64,000 nt of DNA, from assembly GCA_000004985.1 (NCBI GenBank), contig GG738880.1; one strand, 5' to 3'. The notes under the pieces are model-generated. The model saw only the letters and a list, made by a program, of their open reading frames with translations, did no database searches and had not been told where the DNA came from. A program made the position numbers and the translations under genes. Shown in pieces: positions 35,701-48,021 of the stretch; within the stretch, counting starts at the first letter, position 1; each line of letters begins with the position of its first letter. Source of the stretch: Naegleria gruberi. Taxonomy: Eukaryota.

Positions 35701-38700
35701 NNNNNNNNNNNNNNNNNNNNNNNNNNNNNNNNNNNNNNNNNNNNNNNNNNNNNNNNNNNNNNNNNNNNNNNNNNNNNNNNNNNNNNNNNNNNNNNNNNNN
35801 NNNNNNNNNNNNNNNNNNNNNNNNNNNNNNNNNNNNNNNNNNNNNNNNNNNNNNNNNNNNNNNNNNNNNNNNNNNNNNNNNNNNNNNNNNNNNNNNNNNN
35901 NNNNNNNNNNNNNNNNNNNNNNNNNNNNNNNNNNNNNNNNNNNNNNNNNNNNNNNNNNNNNNNNNNNNNNNNNNNNNNNNNNNNNNNNNNNNNNNNNNNN
36001 NNNNNNNNNNNNNNNNNNNNNNNNNNNNNNNNNNNNNNNNNNNNNNNNNNNNNNNNNNNNNNNNNNNNNNNNNNNNNNNNNNNNNNNNNNNNNNNNNNNN
36101 NNNNNNNNNNNNNNNNNNNNNNNNNNNNNNNNNNNNNNNNNNNNNNNNNNNNNNNNNNNNNNNNNNNNNNNNNNNNNNNNNNNNNNNNNNNNNNNNNNNN
36201 NNNNNNNNNNNNNNNNNNNNNNNNNNNNNNNNNNNNNNNNNNNNNNNNNNNNNNNNNNNNNNNNNNNNNNNNNNNNNNNNNNNNNNNNNNNNNNNNNNNN
36301 NNNNNNNNNNNNNNNNNNNNNNNNNNNNNNNNNNNNNNNNNNNNNNNNNNNNNNNNNNNNNNNNNNNNNNNNNNNNNNNNNNNNNNNNNNNNNNNNNNNN
36401 NNNNNNNNNNNNNNNNNNNNNNNNNNNNNNNNNNNNNNNNNNNNNNNNNNNNNNNNNNNNNNNNNNNNNNNNNNNNNNNNNNNNNNNNNNNNNNNNNNNN
36501 NNNNNNNNNNNNNNNNNNNNNNNNNNNNNNNNNNNNNNNNNNNNNNNNNNNNNNNNNNNNNNNNNNNNNNNNNNNNNNNNNNNNNNNNNNNNNNNNNNNN
36601 NNNNNNNNNNNNNNNNNNNNNNNNNNNNNNNNNNNNNNNNNNNNNNNNNNNNNNNNNNNNNNNNNNNNNNNNNNNNNNNNNNNNNNNNNNNNNNNNNNNN
36701 NNNNNNNNNNNNNNNNNNNNNNNNNNNNNNNNNNNNNNNNNNNNNNNNNNNNNNNNNNNNNNNNNNNNNNNNNNNNNNNNNNNNNNNNNNNNNNNNNNNN
36801 NNNNNNNNNNNNNNNNNNNNNNNNNNNNNNNNNNNNNNNNNNNNNNNNNNNNNNNNNNNNNNNNNNNNNNNNNNNNNNNNNNNNNNNNNNNNNNNNNNNN
36901 NNNNNNNNNNNNNNNNNNNNNNNNNNNNNNNNNNNNNNNNNNNNNNNNNNNNNNNNNNNNNNNNNNNNNNNNNNNNNNNNNNNNNNNNNNNNNNNNNNNN
37001 NNNNNNNNNNNNNNNNNNNNNNNNNNNNNNNNNNNNNNNNNNNNNNNNNNNNNNNNNNNNNNNNNNNNNNNNNNNNNNNNNNNNNNNNNNNNNNNNNNNN
37101 NNNNNNNNNNNNNNNNNNNNNNNNNNNNNNNNNNNNNNNNNNNNNNNNNNNNNNNNNNNNNNNNNNNNNNNNNNNNNNNNNNNNNNNNNNNNNNNNNNNN
37201 NNNNNNNNNNNNNNNNNNNNNNNNNNNNNNNNNNNNNNNNNNNNNNNNNNNNNNNNNNNNNNNNNNNNNNNNNNNNNNNNNNNNNNNNNNNNNNNNNNNN
37301 NNNNNNNNNNNNNNNNNNNNNNNNNNNNNNNNNNNNNNNNNNNNNNNNNNNNNNNNNNNNNNNNNNNNNNNNNNNNNNNNNNNNNNNNNNNNNNNNNNNN
37401 NNNNNNNNNNNNNNNNNNNNNNNNNNNNNNNNNNNNNNNNNNNNNNNNNNNNNNNNNNNNNNNNNNNNNNNNNNNNNNNNNNNNNNNNNNNNNNNNNNNN
37501 NNNNNNNNNNNNNNNNNNNNNNNNNNNNNNNNNNNNNNNNNNNNNNNNNNNNNNNNNNNNNNNNNNNNNNNNNNNNNNNNNNNNNNNNNNNNNNNNNNNN
37601 NNNNNNNNNNNNNNNNNNNNNNNNNNNNNNNNNNNNNNNNNNNNNNNNNNNNNNNNNNNNNNNNNNNNNNNNNNNNNNNNNNNNNNNNNNNNNNNNNNNN
37701 NNNNNNNNNNNNNNNNNNNNNNNNNNNNNNNNNNNNNNNNNNNNNNNNNNNNNNNNNNNNNNNNNNNNNNNNNNNNNNNNNNNNNNNNNNNNNNNNNNNN
37801 NNNNNNNNNNNNNNNNNNNNNNNNNNNNNNNNNNNNNNNNNNNNNNNNNNNNNNNNNNNNNNNNNNNNNNNNNNNNNNNNNNNNNNNNNNNNNNNNNNNN
37901 NNNNNNNNNNNNNNNNNNNNNNNNNNNNNNNNNNNNNNNNNNNNNNNNNNNNNNNNNNNNNNNNNNNNNNNNNNNNNNNNNNNNNNNNNNNNNNNNNNNN
38001 NNNNNNNNNNNNNNNNNNNNNNNNNNNNNNNNNNNNNNNNNNNNNNNNNNNNNNNNNNNNNNNNNNNNNNNNNNNNNNNNNNNNNNNNNNNNNNNNNNNN
38101 NNNNNNNNNNNNNNNNNNNNNNNNNNNNNNNNNNNNNNNNNNNNNNNNNNNNNNNNNNNNNNNNNNNNNNNNNNNNNNNNNNNNNNNNNNNNNNNNNNNN
38201 NNNNNNNNNNNNNNNNNNNNNNNNNNNNNNNNNNNNNNNNNNNNNNNNNNNNNNNNNNNNNNNNNNNNNNNNNNNNNNNNNNNNNNNNNNNNNNNNNNNN
38301 NNNNNNNNNNNNNNNNNNNNNNNNNNNNNNNNNNNNNNNNNNNNNNNNNNNNNNNNNNNNNNNNNNNNNNNNNNNNNNNNNNNNNNNNNNNNNNNNNNNN
38401 NNNNNNNNNNNNNNNNNNNNNNNNNNNNNNNNNNNNNNNNNNNNNNNNNNNNNNNNNNNNNNNNNNNNNNNNNNNNNNNNNNNNNNNNNNNNNNNNNNNN
38501 NNNNNNNNNNNNNNNNNNNNNNNNNNNNNNNNNNNNNNNNNNNNNNNNNNNNNNNNNNNNNNNNNNNNNNNNNNNNNNNNNNNNNNNNNNNNNNNNNNNN
38601 NNNNNNNNNNNNNNNNNNNNNNNNNNNNNNNNNNNNNNNNNNNNNNNNNNNNNNNNNNNNNNNNNNNNNNNNNNNNNNNNNNNNNNNNNNNNNNNNNNNN

Positions 38701-41700
38701 NNNNNNNNNNNNNNNNNNNNNNNNNNNNNNNNNNNNNNNNNNNNNNNNNNNNNNNNNNNNNNNNNNNNNNNNNNNNNNNNNNNNNNNNNNNNNNNNNNNN
38801 NNNNNNNNNNNNNNNNNNNNNNNNNNNNNNNNNNNNNNNNNNNNNNNNNNNNNNNNNNNNNNNNNNNNNNNNNNNNNNNNNNNNNNNNNNNNNNNNNNNN
38901 NNNNNNNNNNNNNNNNNNNNNNNNNNNNNNNNNNNNNNNNNNNNNNNNNNNNNNNNNNNNNNNNNNNNNNNNNNNNNNNNNNNNNNNNNNNNNNNNNNNN
39001 NNNNNNNNNNNNNNNNNNNNNNNNNNNNNNNNNNNNNNNNNNNNNNNNNNNNNNNNNNNNNNNNNNNNNNNNNNNNNNNNNNNNNNNNNNNNNNNNNNNN
39101 NNNNNNNNNNNNNNNNNNNNNNNNNNNNNNNNNNNNNNNNNNNNNNNNNNNNNNNNNNNNNNNNNNNNNNNNNNNNNNNNNNNNNNNNNNNNNNNNNNNN
39201 NNNNNNNNNNNNNNNNNNNNNNNNNNNNNNNNNNNNNNNNNNNNNNNNNNNNNNNNNNNNNNNNNNNNNNNNNNNNNNNNNNNNNNNNNNNNNNNNNNNN
39301 NNNNNNNNNNNNNNNNNNNNNNNNNNNNNNNNNNNNNNNNNNNNNNNNNNNNNNNNNNNNNNNNNNNNNNNNNNNNNNNNNNNNNNNNNNNNNNNNNNNN
39401 NNNNNNNNNNNNNNNNNNNNNNNNNNNNNNNNNNNNNNNNNNNNNNNNNNNNNNNNNNNNNNNNNNNNNNNNNNNNNNNNNNNNNNNNNNNNNNNNNNNN
39501 NNNNNNNNNNNNNNNNNNNNNNNNNNNNNNNNNNNNNNNNNNNNNNNNNNNNNNNNNNNNNNNNNNNNNNNNNNNNNNNNNNNNNNNNNNNNNNNNNNNN
39601 NNNNNNNNNNNNNNNNNNNNNNNNNNNNNNNNNNNNNNNNNNNNNNNNNNNNNNNNNNNNNNNNNNNNNNNNNNNNNNNNNNNNNNNNNNNNNNNNNNNN
39701 NNNNNNNNNNNNNNNNNNNNNNNNNNNNNNNNNNNNNNNNNNNNNNNNNNNNNNNNNNNNNNNNNNNNNNNNNNNNNNNNNNNNNNNNNNNNNNNNNNNN
39801 NNNNNNNNNNNNNNNNNNNNNNNNNNNNNNNNNNNNNNNNNNNNNNNNNNNNNNNNNNNNNNNNNNNNNNNNNNNNNNNNNNNNNNNNNNNNNNNNNNNN
39901 NNNNNNNNNNNNNNNNNNNNNNNNNNNNNNNNNNNNNNNNNNNNNNNNNNNNNNNNNNNNNNNNNNNNNNNNNNNNNNNNNNNNNNNNNNNNNNNNNNNN
40001 NNNNNNNNNNNNNNNNNNNNNNNNNNNNNNNNNNNNNNNNNNNNNNNNNNNNNNNNNNNNNNNNNNNNNNNNNNNNNNNNNNNNNNNNNNNNNNNNNNNN
40101 NNNNNNNNNNNNNNNNNNNNNNNNNNNNNNNNNNNNNNNNNNNNNNNNNNNNNNNNNNNNNNNNNNNNNNNNNNNNNNNNNNNNNNNNNNNNNNNNNNNN
40201 NNNNNNNNNNNNNNNNNNNNNNNNNNNNNNNNNNNNNNNNNNNNNNNNNNNNNNNNNNNNNNNNNNNNNNNNNNNNNNNNNNNNNNNNNNNNNNNNNNNN
40301 NNNNNNNNNNNNNNNNNNNNNNNNNNNNNNNNNNNNNNNNNNNNNNNNNNNNNNNNNNNNNNNNNNNNNNNNNNNNNNNNNNNNNNNNNNNNNNNNNNNN
40401 NNNNNNNNNNNNNNNNNNNNNNNNNNNNNNNNNNNNNNNNNNNNNNNNNNNNNNNNNNNNNNNNNNNNNNNNNNNNNNNNNNNNNNNNNNNNNNNNNNNN
40501 NNNNNNNNNNNNNNNNNNNNNNNNNNNNNNNNNNNNNNNNNNNNNNNNNNNNNNNNNNNNNNNNNNNNNNNNNNNNNNNNNNNNNNNNNNNNNNNNNNNN
40601 NNNNNNNNNNNNNNNNNNNNNNNNNNNNNNNNNNNNNNNNNNNNNNNNNNNNNNNNNNNNNNNNNNNNNNNNNNNNNNNNNNNNNNNNNNNNNNNNNNNN
40701 NNNNNNNNNNNNNNNNNNNNNNNNNNNNNNNNNNNNNNNNNNNNNNNNNNNNNNNNNNNNNNNNNNNNNNNNNNNNNNNNNNNNNNNNNNNNNNNNNNNN
40801 NNNNNNNNNNNNNNNNNNNNNNNNNNNNNNNNNNNNNNNNNNNNNNNNNNNNNNNNNNNNNNNNNNNNNNNNNNNNNNNNNNNNNNNNNNNNNNNNNNNN
40901 NNNNNNNNNNNNNNNNNNNNNNNNNNNNNNNNNNNNNNNNNNNNNNNNNNNNNNNNNNNNNNNNNNNNNNNNNNNNNNNNNNNNNNNNNNNNNNNNNNNN
41001 NNNNNNNNNNNNNNNNNNNNNNNNNNNNNNNNNNNNNNNNNNNNNNNNNNNNNNNNNNNNNNNNNNNNNNNNNNNNNNNNNNNNNNNNNNNNNNNNNNNN
41101 NNNNNNNNNNNNNNNNNNNNNNNNNNNNNNNNNNNNNNNNNNNNNNNNNNNNNNNNNNNNNNNNNNNNNNNNNNNNNNNNNNNNNNNNNNNNNNNNNNNN
41201 NNNNNNNNNNNNNNNNNNNNNNNNNNNNNNNNNNNNNNNNNNNNNNNNNNNNNNNNNNNNNNNNNNNNNNNNNNNNNNNNNNNNNNNNNNNNNNNNNNNN
41301 NNNNNNNNNNNNNNNNNNNNNNNNNNNNNNNNNNNNNNNNNNNNNNNNNNNNNNNNNNNNNNNNNNNNNNNNNNNNNNNNNNNNNNNNNNNNNNNNNNNN
41401 NNNNNNNNNNNNNNNNNNNNNNNNNNNNNNNNNNNNNNNNNNNNNNNNNNNNNNNNNNNNNNNNNNNNNNNNNNNNNNNNNNNNNNNNNNNNNNNNNNNN
41501 NNNNNNNNNNNNNNNNNNNNNNNNNNNNNNNNNNNNNNNNNNNNNNNNNNNNNNNNNNNNNNNNNNNNNNNNNNNNNNNNNNNNNNNNNNNNNNNNNNNN
41601 NNNNNNNNNNNNNNNNNNNNNNNNNNNNNNNNNNNNNNNNNNNNNNNNNNNNNNNNNNNNNNNNNNNNNNNNNNNNNNNNNNNNNNNNNNNNNNNNNNNN

Positions 41701-44353
41701 NNNNNNNNNNNNNNNNNNNNNNNNNNNNNNNNNNNNNNNNNNNNNNNNNNNNNNNNNNNNNNNNNNNNNNNNNNNNNNNNNNNNNNNNNNNNNNNNNNNN
41801 NNNNNNNNNNNNNNNNNNNNNNNNNNNNNNNNNNNNNNNNNNNNNNNNNNNNNNNNNNNNNNNNNNNNNNNNNNNNNNNNNNNNNNNNNNNNNNNNNNNN
41901 NNNNNNNNNNNNNNNNNNNNNNNNNNNNNNNNNNNNNNNNNNNNNNNNNNNNNNNNNNNNNNNNNNNNNNNNNNNNNNNNNNNNNNNNNNNNNNNNNNNN
42001 NNNNNNNNNNNNNNNNNNNNNNNNNNNNNNNNNNNNNNNNNNNNNNNNNNNNNNNNNNNNNNNNNNNNNNNNNNNNNNNNNNNNNNNNNNNNNNNNNNNN
42101 NNNNNNNNNNNNNNNNNNNNNNNNNNNNNNNNNNNNNNNNNNNNNNNNNNNNNNNNNNNNNNNNNNNNNNNNNNNNNNNNNNNNNNNNNNNNNNNNNNNN
42201 NNNNNNNNNNNNNNNNNNNNNNNNNNNNNNNNNNNNNNNNNNNNNNNNNNNNNNNNNNNNNNNNNNNNNNNNNNNNNNNNNNNNNNNNNNNNNNNNNNNN
42301 NNNNNNNNNNNNNNNNNNNNNNNNNNNNNNNNNNNNNNNNNNNNNNNNNNNNNNNNNNNNNNNNNNNNNNNNNNNNNNNNNNNNNNNNNNNNNNNNNNNN
42401 NNNNNNNNNNNNNNNNNNNNNNNNNNNNNNNNNNNNNNNNNNNNNNNNNNNNNNNNNNNNNNNNNNNNNNNNNNNNNNNNNNNNNNNNNNNNNNNNNNNN
42501 NNNNNNNNNNNNNNNNNNNNNNNNNNNNNNNNNNNNNNNNNNNNNNNNNNNNNNNNNNNNNNNNNNNNNNNNNNNNNNNNNNNNNNNNNNNNNNNNNNNN
42601 NNNNNNNNNNNNNNNNNNNNNNNNNNNNNNNNNNNNNNNNNNNNNNNNNNNNNNNNNNNNNNNNNNNNNNNNNNNNNNNNNNNNNNNNNNNNNNNNNNNN
42701 NNNNNNNNNNNNNNNNNNNNNNNNNNNNNNNNNNNNNNNNNNNNNNNNNNNNNNNNNNNNNNNNNNNNNNNNNNNNNNNNNNNNNNNNNNNNNNNNNNNN
42801 NNNNNNNNNNNNNNNNNNNNNNNNNNNNNNNNNNNNNNNNNNNNNNNNNNNNNNNNNNNNNNNNNNNNNNNNNNNNNNNNNNNNNNNNNNNNNNNNNNNN
42901 NNNNNNNNNNNNNNNNNNNNNNNNNNNNNNNNNNNNNNNNNNNNNNNNNNNNNNNNNNNNNNNNNNNNNNNNNNNNNNNNNNNNNNNNNNNNNNNNNNNN
43001 NNNNNNNNNNNNNNNNNNNNNNNNNNNNNNNNNNNNNNNNNNNNNNNNNNNNNNNNNNNNNNNNNNNNNNNNNNNNNNNNNNNNNNNNNNNNNNNNNNNN
43101 NNNNNNNNNNNNNNNNNNNNNNNNNNNNNNNNNNNNNNNNNNNNNNNNNNNNNNNNNNNNNNNNNNNNNNNNNNNNNNNNNNNNNNNNNNNNNNNNNNNN
43201 NNNNNNNNNNNNNNNNNNNNNNNNNNNNNNNNNNNNNNNNNNNNNNNNNNNNNNNNNNNNNNNNNNNNNNNNNNNNNNNNNNNNNNNNNNNNNNNNNNNN
43301 NNNNNNNNNNNNNNNNNNNNNNNNNNNNNNNNNNNNNNNNNNNNNNNNNNNNNNNNNNNNNNNNNNNNNNNNNNNNNNNNNNNNNNNNNNNNNNNNNNNN
43401 NNNNNNNNNNNNNNNNNNNNNNNNNNNNNNNNNNNNNNNNNNNNNNNNNNNNNNNNNNNNNNNNNNNNNNNNNNNNNNNNNNNNNNNNNNNNNNNNNNNN
43501 NNNNNNNNNNNNNNNNNNNNNNNNNNNNNNNNNNNNNNNNNNNNNNNNNNNNNNNNNNNNNNNNNNNNNNNNNNNNNNNNNNNNNNNNNNNNNNNNNNNN
43601 NNNNNNNNNNNNNNNNNNNNNNNNNNNNNNNNNNNNNNNNNNNNNNNNNNNNNNNNNNNNNNNNNNNNNNNNNNNNNNNNNNNNNNNNNNNNNNNNNNNN
43701 NNNNNNNNNNNNNNNNNNNNNNNNNNNNNNNNNNNNNNNNNNNNNNNNNNNNNNNNNNNNNNNNNNNNNNNNNNNNNNNNNNNNNNNNNNNNNNNNNNNN
43801 NNNNNNNNNNNNNNNNNNNNNNNNNNNNNNNNNNNNNNNNNNNNNNNNNNNNNNNNNNNNNNNNNNNNNNNNNNNNNNNNNNNNNNNNNNNNNNNNNNNN
43901 NNNNNNNNNNNNNNNNNNNNNNNNNNNNNNNNNNNNNNNNNNNNNNNNNNNNNNNNNNNNNNNNNNNNNNNNNNNNNNNNNNNNNNNNNNNNNNNNNNNN
44001 NNNNNNNNNNNNNNNNNNNNNNNNNNNNNNNNNNNNNNNNNNNNNNNNNNNNNNNNNNNNNNNNNNNNNNNNNNNNNNNNNNNNNNNNNNNNNNNNNNNN
44101 NNNNNNNNNNNNNNNNNNNNNNNNNNNNNNNNNNNNNNNNNNNNNNNNNNNNNNNNNNNNNNNNNNNNNNNNNNNNNNNNNNNNNNNNNNNNNNNNNNNN
44201 NNNNNNNNNNNNNNNNNNNNNNNNNNNNNNNNNNNNNNNNNNNNNNNNNNNNNNNNNNNNNNNNNNNNNNNNNNNNNNNNNNNNNNNNNNNNNNNNNNNN
44301 NNNNNNNNNNNNNNNNNNNNNNNNNNNNNNNNNNNNNNNNNNNNNNNNNNNNN
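8723..44353. other. assembly gap (35,631 N)
   Basis: Uninterrupted run of n. The ORFs reported across it (8475..44981, 8567..44401, 8709..45245, 8719..44607) are translation artefacts. Confidence 0.97.
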
Positions 44354-46107
44354 AGTTAGCAAAACCAGTCTTAACAGCTTCAACGTCTGGTTGGGTAACA
44401 TTCTTCAATGCACATCCACCGTGGAATTTAAGAGCACGAATACTGGCAACAATGACAGCAACAGATGGCTTCAAACCAGAAATTCTGCACTTGATGTCAA
44501 AGAACTTTTCACCACCAATATCACCACCAAAACCAGCTTCAGTCAAAACAAAACCATCTTCACCAACAAGTCTCAAAGCAATATCATCAGCAATAATACC
44601 ATTTTGACCAGCAGCAATATTAGCAAATGGACCAGCATGAACAAAAACTGGAGTAGATTCAATAGTTTGCATCAAAGTTGGCTTAATGGTGTCCTTCATC
44701 AAGACAGCCATAGCACCAGCAACACCAACATCTTCAGCAGTAACTGCATTACCATCACGATCATAGGCAACAGTAATCTTACCAAATCTTTCTCTCATGT
44801 CTGTCAAATTCTTGGACAATGCCAAAACAGCCATACATTCAGAGGCAACAGCAATATCAAATTGAGTTTCTCTGGTTTGACCCTTTTCATTTGGACCTTG
44901 GCCAATAGTGATCTTTCTCAAATGTCTGTCGTTAATATCAACAACTCTGTTAATCTTAATAGTGGCTGGATCAATATTTAATCTGACGAGTTTTTCTCTT
45001 TCTTCTGGTGTTAATTTATCTGGATCTTCTCTTTCAGCAATACCTAATTTGGCCAATCTTTGGATCATGGATGGAACAAATTGTCTCTTTCCGTCCTTAC
45101 CAGCTGGACAAAGGTGATCAAAGAGTTGATCAGTCTTTTGATATGATTCATGGAAAACTCTAGTATCAACAGCAGCAGCCAACAAGTTATTGGCAGCAGC
45201 AATAGCGTGAATATCACCAGTCATGTGCAAATTGAATTCTTCCATAGGAACCTATTGTCAAATGATCATAAAATTTGAAAAAACAGTTCAATTATTGTGC
45301 ACTTACAATTTGTGAATAACCACCTCCAGCAGCACCACCCTTGATACCCTATAATTATTATTTGATTAATTATCATACTCCTCATTCAAAACTTACAAAA
45401 ACAGGTCCTTGTGATGGTTGTCTTAAACAAGAAACAACCTTTTTTCCGAGATGAGCACCCAAAGCTTGTGAGATACCCAAACAAGTTGTTGATTTACCTT
45501 CACCGAGAGGTGTTGGATTAATACCAGTAATCAAAACATAATTTCCCATTGGAGCATCTTGTCCTAAACGTTTAAGAATTTTCTTTCCATCAATCTTAGC
45601 CTTGTACTTTCCGTAAAATTCCAATTCTTCGTCAACATCAATGCCATAACGTGTGGCAATATCACCAATAAATTCAGGTTTACAATGTTGAGACACTTCA
45701 ATATCACTTGGGACAGGGACACGAATTTCACTCAATTTCTTACCAGTAATTGTTTCTTGTTGGGACATTTTTTTGTTGGTGTTGTTGTTGCAACCGGTTG
45801 AAGAACTGTAAGAGCGAAAAGAAGAGCCGGTTGAAGATGTTCTTGCTGATGATTCGCTACAATCAATAATATTAACATATTTGTGATGGGAAATTTGTTT
45901 GGCGCCAAAATTTAGGGAAGTATTCTTCTTCTTGTTGGTTGCAAGGCTTTTTGAGAAGCTTCTTCTTATCGATGATGATGAAGAGGTGGTTGAGCAAGTT
46001 GTTGATGATGCATTGTTCAATTGATGATTAGGAGTGTTACCGATGAGACGATCATGACACCAAAGTGATTGAATATTACACTTGGATTTTGTAATCTTAC
46101 GAAGCAT
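44354..46107 (-). CDS. formate--tetrahydrofolate ligase (monofunctional FTHFS), 5' portion in 3 exons, truncated by the gap on its 3' side: join(<44354..45251,45307..45348,45397..46107)
   Basis: Exon 1 encodes '…[49 protein letters not shown]…[46 protein letters not shown]' (FTHFS N-terminus with the P-loop 'TPLGEGKST'). Intron 45349..45396 is gtaagt…tatag. The 42-nt exon 2 encodes '[14 protein letters not shown]'. Intron 45252..45306 is gtaagt…caatag. Exon 3 encodes '[26 protein letters not shown]…' (the hallmark 'GDIHAI' motif). The ATG at 46107 is preceded by nothing in frame. The first 113 aa are an S/T/N-rich extension; an alternative start is 'MSQQ' at 45768. Confidence 0.85.
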
Positions 46108-46596
46108 ATGACGTGGATTTAGATATTTACAATAATAGGAAGATTAAAAAGATCAATCTACTACTACAATTAATGATGAAGCAAATTACAAGCAGATGAA
46201 ATTGAACTCAGTTCCGAAGTATTATTAACCAACAAGAATTGTTTCAATTTTTTTGATTTTAAAAAGCTCGTGCTAACAAGGGTTATGTGTGTTATTTTAA
46301 TCGTCGGGTTAGAGGTGCAGTTTCTCTAAATGTCATCAAGTAATACGAACAATTGCATTTCCATTGATTGGAATAGAAAGTTTTTGAATGGCTTAATTAT
46401 AAAAAGAATCCGCTACTATTTCAATAATTTGCAAGGGTTGACTTGCACCTTTCTATTACAGTTAAATAGAATAATAAACATGTAGTGTTTCCACTTACAA
46501 CAAATGATTTCTATTTGGGGCATCTTTGTAACCAGTATTCAACTACAGTTTGTTCAAGAAACTGTATTTGTGAAATATTGTAAAGTGGAATATAAT

Positions 46597-47371
46597 TTAT
46601 TGGAATTTCTTCTTGGCATATTCCTCACCAAATAATTTACAAAGTACATTCATACATGGTCCATATTCTGCTTTCTGCATTAAATCCCACTCTACAGTAA
46701 ATAATACGAAATGTTTAAATAAAGTATTGATGTGAGCTGAGATACCTAAATTATTAATATATGATCCATGTCTATGATAAATGTGTGCAAAAACTCTAAA
46801 AAGTCTTGAAAATATTTTAACAACAGTTGGTTTGACTATTTTAGAAACGGATCATGATATTCTAAACAAATTATTCTAAACTAAACTTACATTTCTTTGG
46901 ATATGCTTTATCATCTTGTTGTGGAAATACTTTTGGATCATCCAATTTAGTATCAATCCATTCAGATAATAAATTAATATACAAAGGAGCCGAAACTGTT
47001 GTTGGTTGATGATATTGTACATTAGTTGATTCATCATCGAACCATCTATATTCATAACAATCTCCACCACTCATAGATGGACAATTTAATTCAGTACAAT
47101 CATGATTTAATTTCATACTATCAATTAGTAGGAATAAATTTTCATAAAATTCCAAAACGTGTTGAGCCAACCAATCCTTCTCATCAACTTGTGAAGGTAA
47201 TTTTACCAATTGTTCCAATTCTCTAATACTTGCTGAGAGTCCTGATATGATCACTGATTGTCTGTGATGATGGTGATGATGACCATTTGATGTACTTGTG
47301 GTTGGTGCTGTTGTTTGTTGCACTGTAAAAATTGATTGTTGTCTCTTTCGTTTGAAAAAGTTAGATAACAT
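46597..47371 (-). CDS. MOB kinase activator (Mob1/phocein family), 2 exons: join(46597..46835,46891..47371)
   Basis: Exon 1 encodes '…LPSQVDEKDWLAQHVLEFYENLFLLIDSMKLNHDCTELNCPSMSGGDCYEYRWFDDE…LYINLLSEWIDTKLDDPKVFPQQDDKAYPKK' (Mob1 core, Cys/His Zn-site pattern). It is phase 1 at 46891. Intron 46836..46890 is gtaagt…aaaatag. Exon 2 encodes 'FKPTVVKIFSRLFRVFAHIYHRHGSYINNLGISAHINTLFKHFVLFTVEWDLMQKAEYGPCMNVLCKLFGEEYAKKKFQ*', matching the Mob1 C-terminus 'RLFRVYAHIYH.HF…AHLNT.FKHF'. The N-terminus contains an H6 tract. Confidence 0.85.
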
Positions 47372-48021
47372 CCTTGCTGCTGTTGATATTGATTATAATA
47401 AAGAAGTCTCGTTCAAGAAAACACAAAGGTTTACAGTACTGGTTAGTTGATTAATTGTTGAGACTTTTTTTTCAGTTTGGTGAACAATCAACTATCAACA
47501 ATGAAGGGATTATTGGGTTTGAGGTGGTACAGAGGTTAGTGGAACTTCCAATAAATTAGAACATAGTGGTGTTGCATTCAAAATATTTGTGGTTGCAATT
47601 TTGAAATAAACAATAGAATTCTAATCTACTTTGTATGTTGGAAATGAAATCATTTGATTTTTTAAAAAAAATATTAAGACCTTAAACACGCATTTTCTTA
47701 GCCCTTTTATGTTCAAATAGAATTACCATTCTCAAATTTATGAATGAAAAAATTTCACATGATAGTCCATTTCTTTTTTGTTACATAAATGAATTGGGAT
47801 TTAAATATCCAATAGGACAATGTTGTCGCAATAATAGTGTATATGATATTGTAGACAACTTGTATCACATGAGTTCAGAAAAATAATTGTCTCAAAAATA
47901 CTGCAAAGTTCATTATTCACTAAGTGAAATCCTTTAAGGTAACACTTTATCCTGCAGCAACCTCTTTAATTGCTAATAAATTGAGGCTCGTAGAAAAATT
48001 CCAAATAACAAAGCACAAAAA

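Noticed and set aside
8475-45245. Four giant ORFs (up to 12,178 aa) on both strands spanning 8.5–45 kb
   Set aside because: They consist almost entirely of X translated from the 35,631-N assembly gap. Only their ends (MFS exon 4; FTHFS exon 3; a short antisense stretch) are real sequence.
46108-48021. Looked for tRNA genes (T-loop GTTCRANYC with A/B boxes) and for rRNA in the intergenic spacers
   Set aside because: No cloverleaf-compatible sequence or conserved T-loop motif was found by eye in any spacer. A tRNAscan-type search would be needed to be certain.
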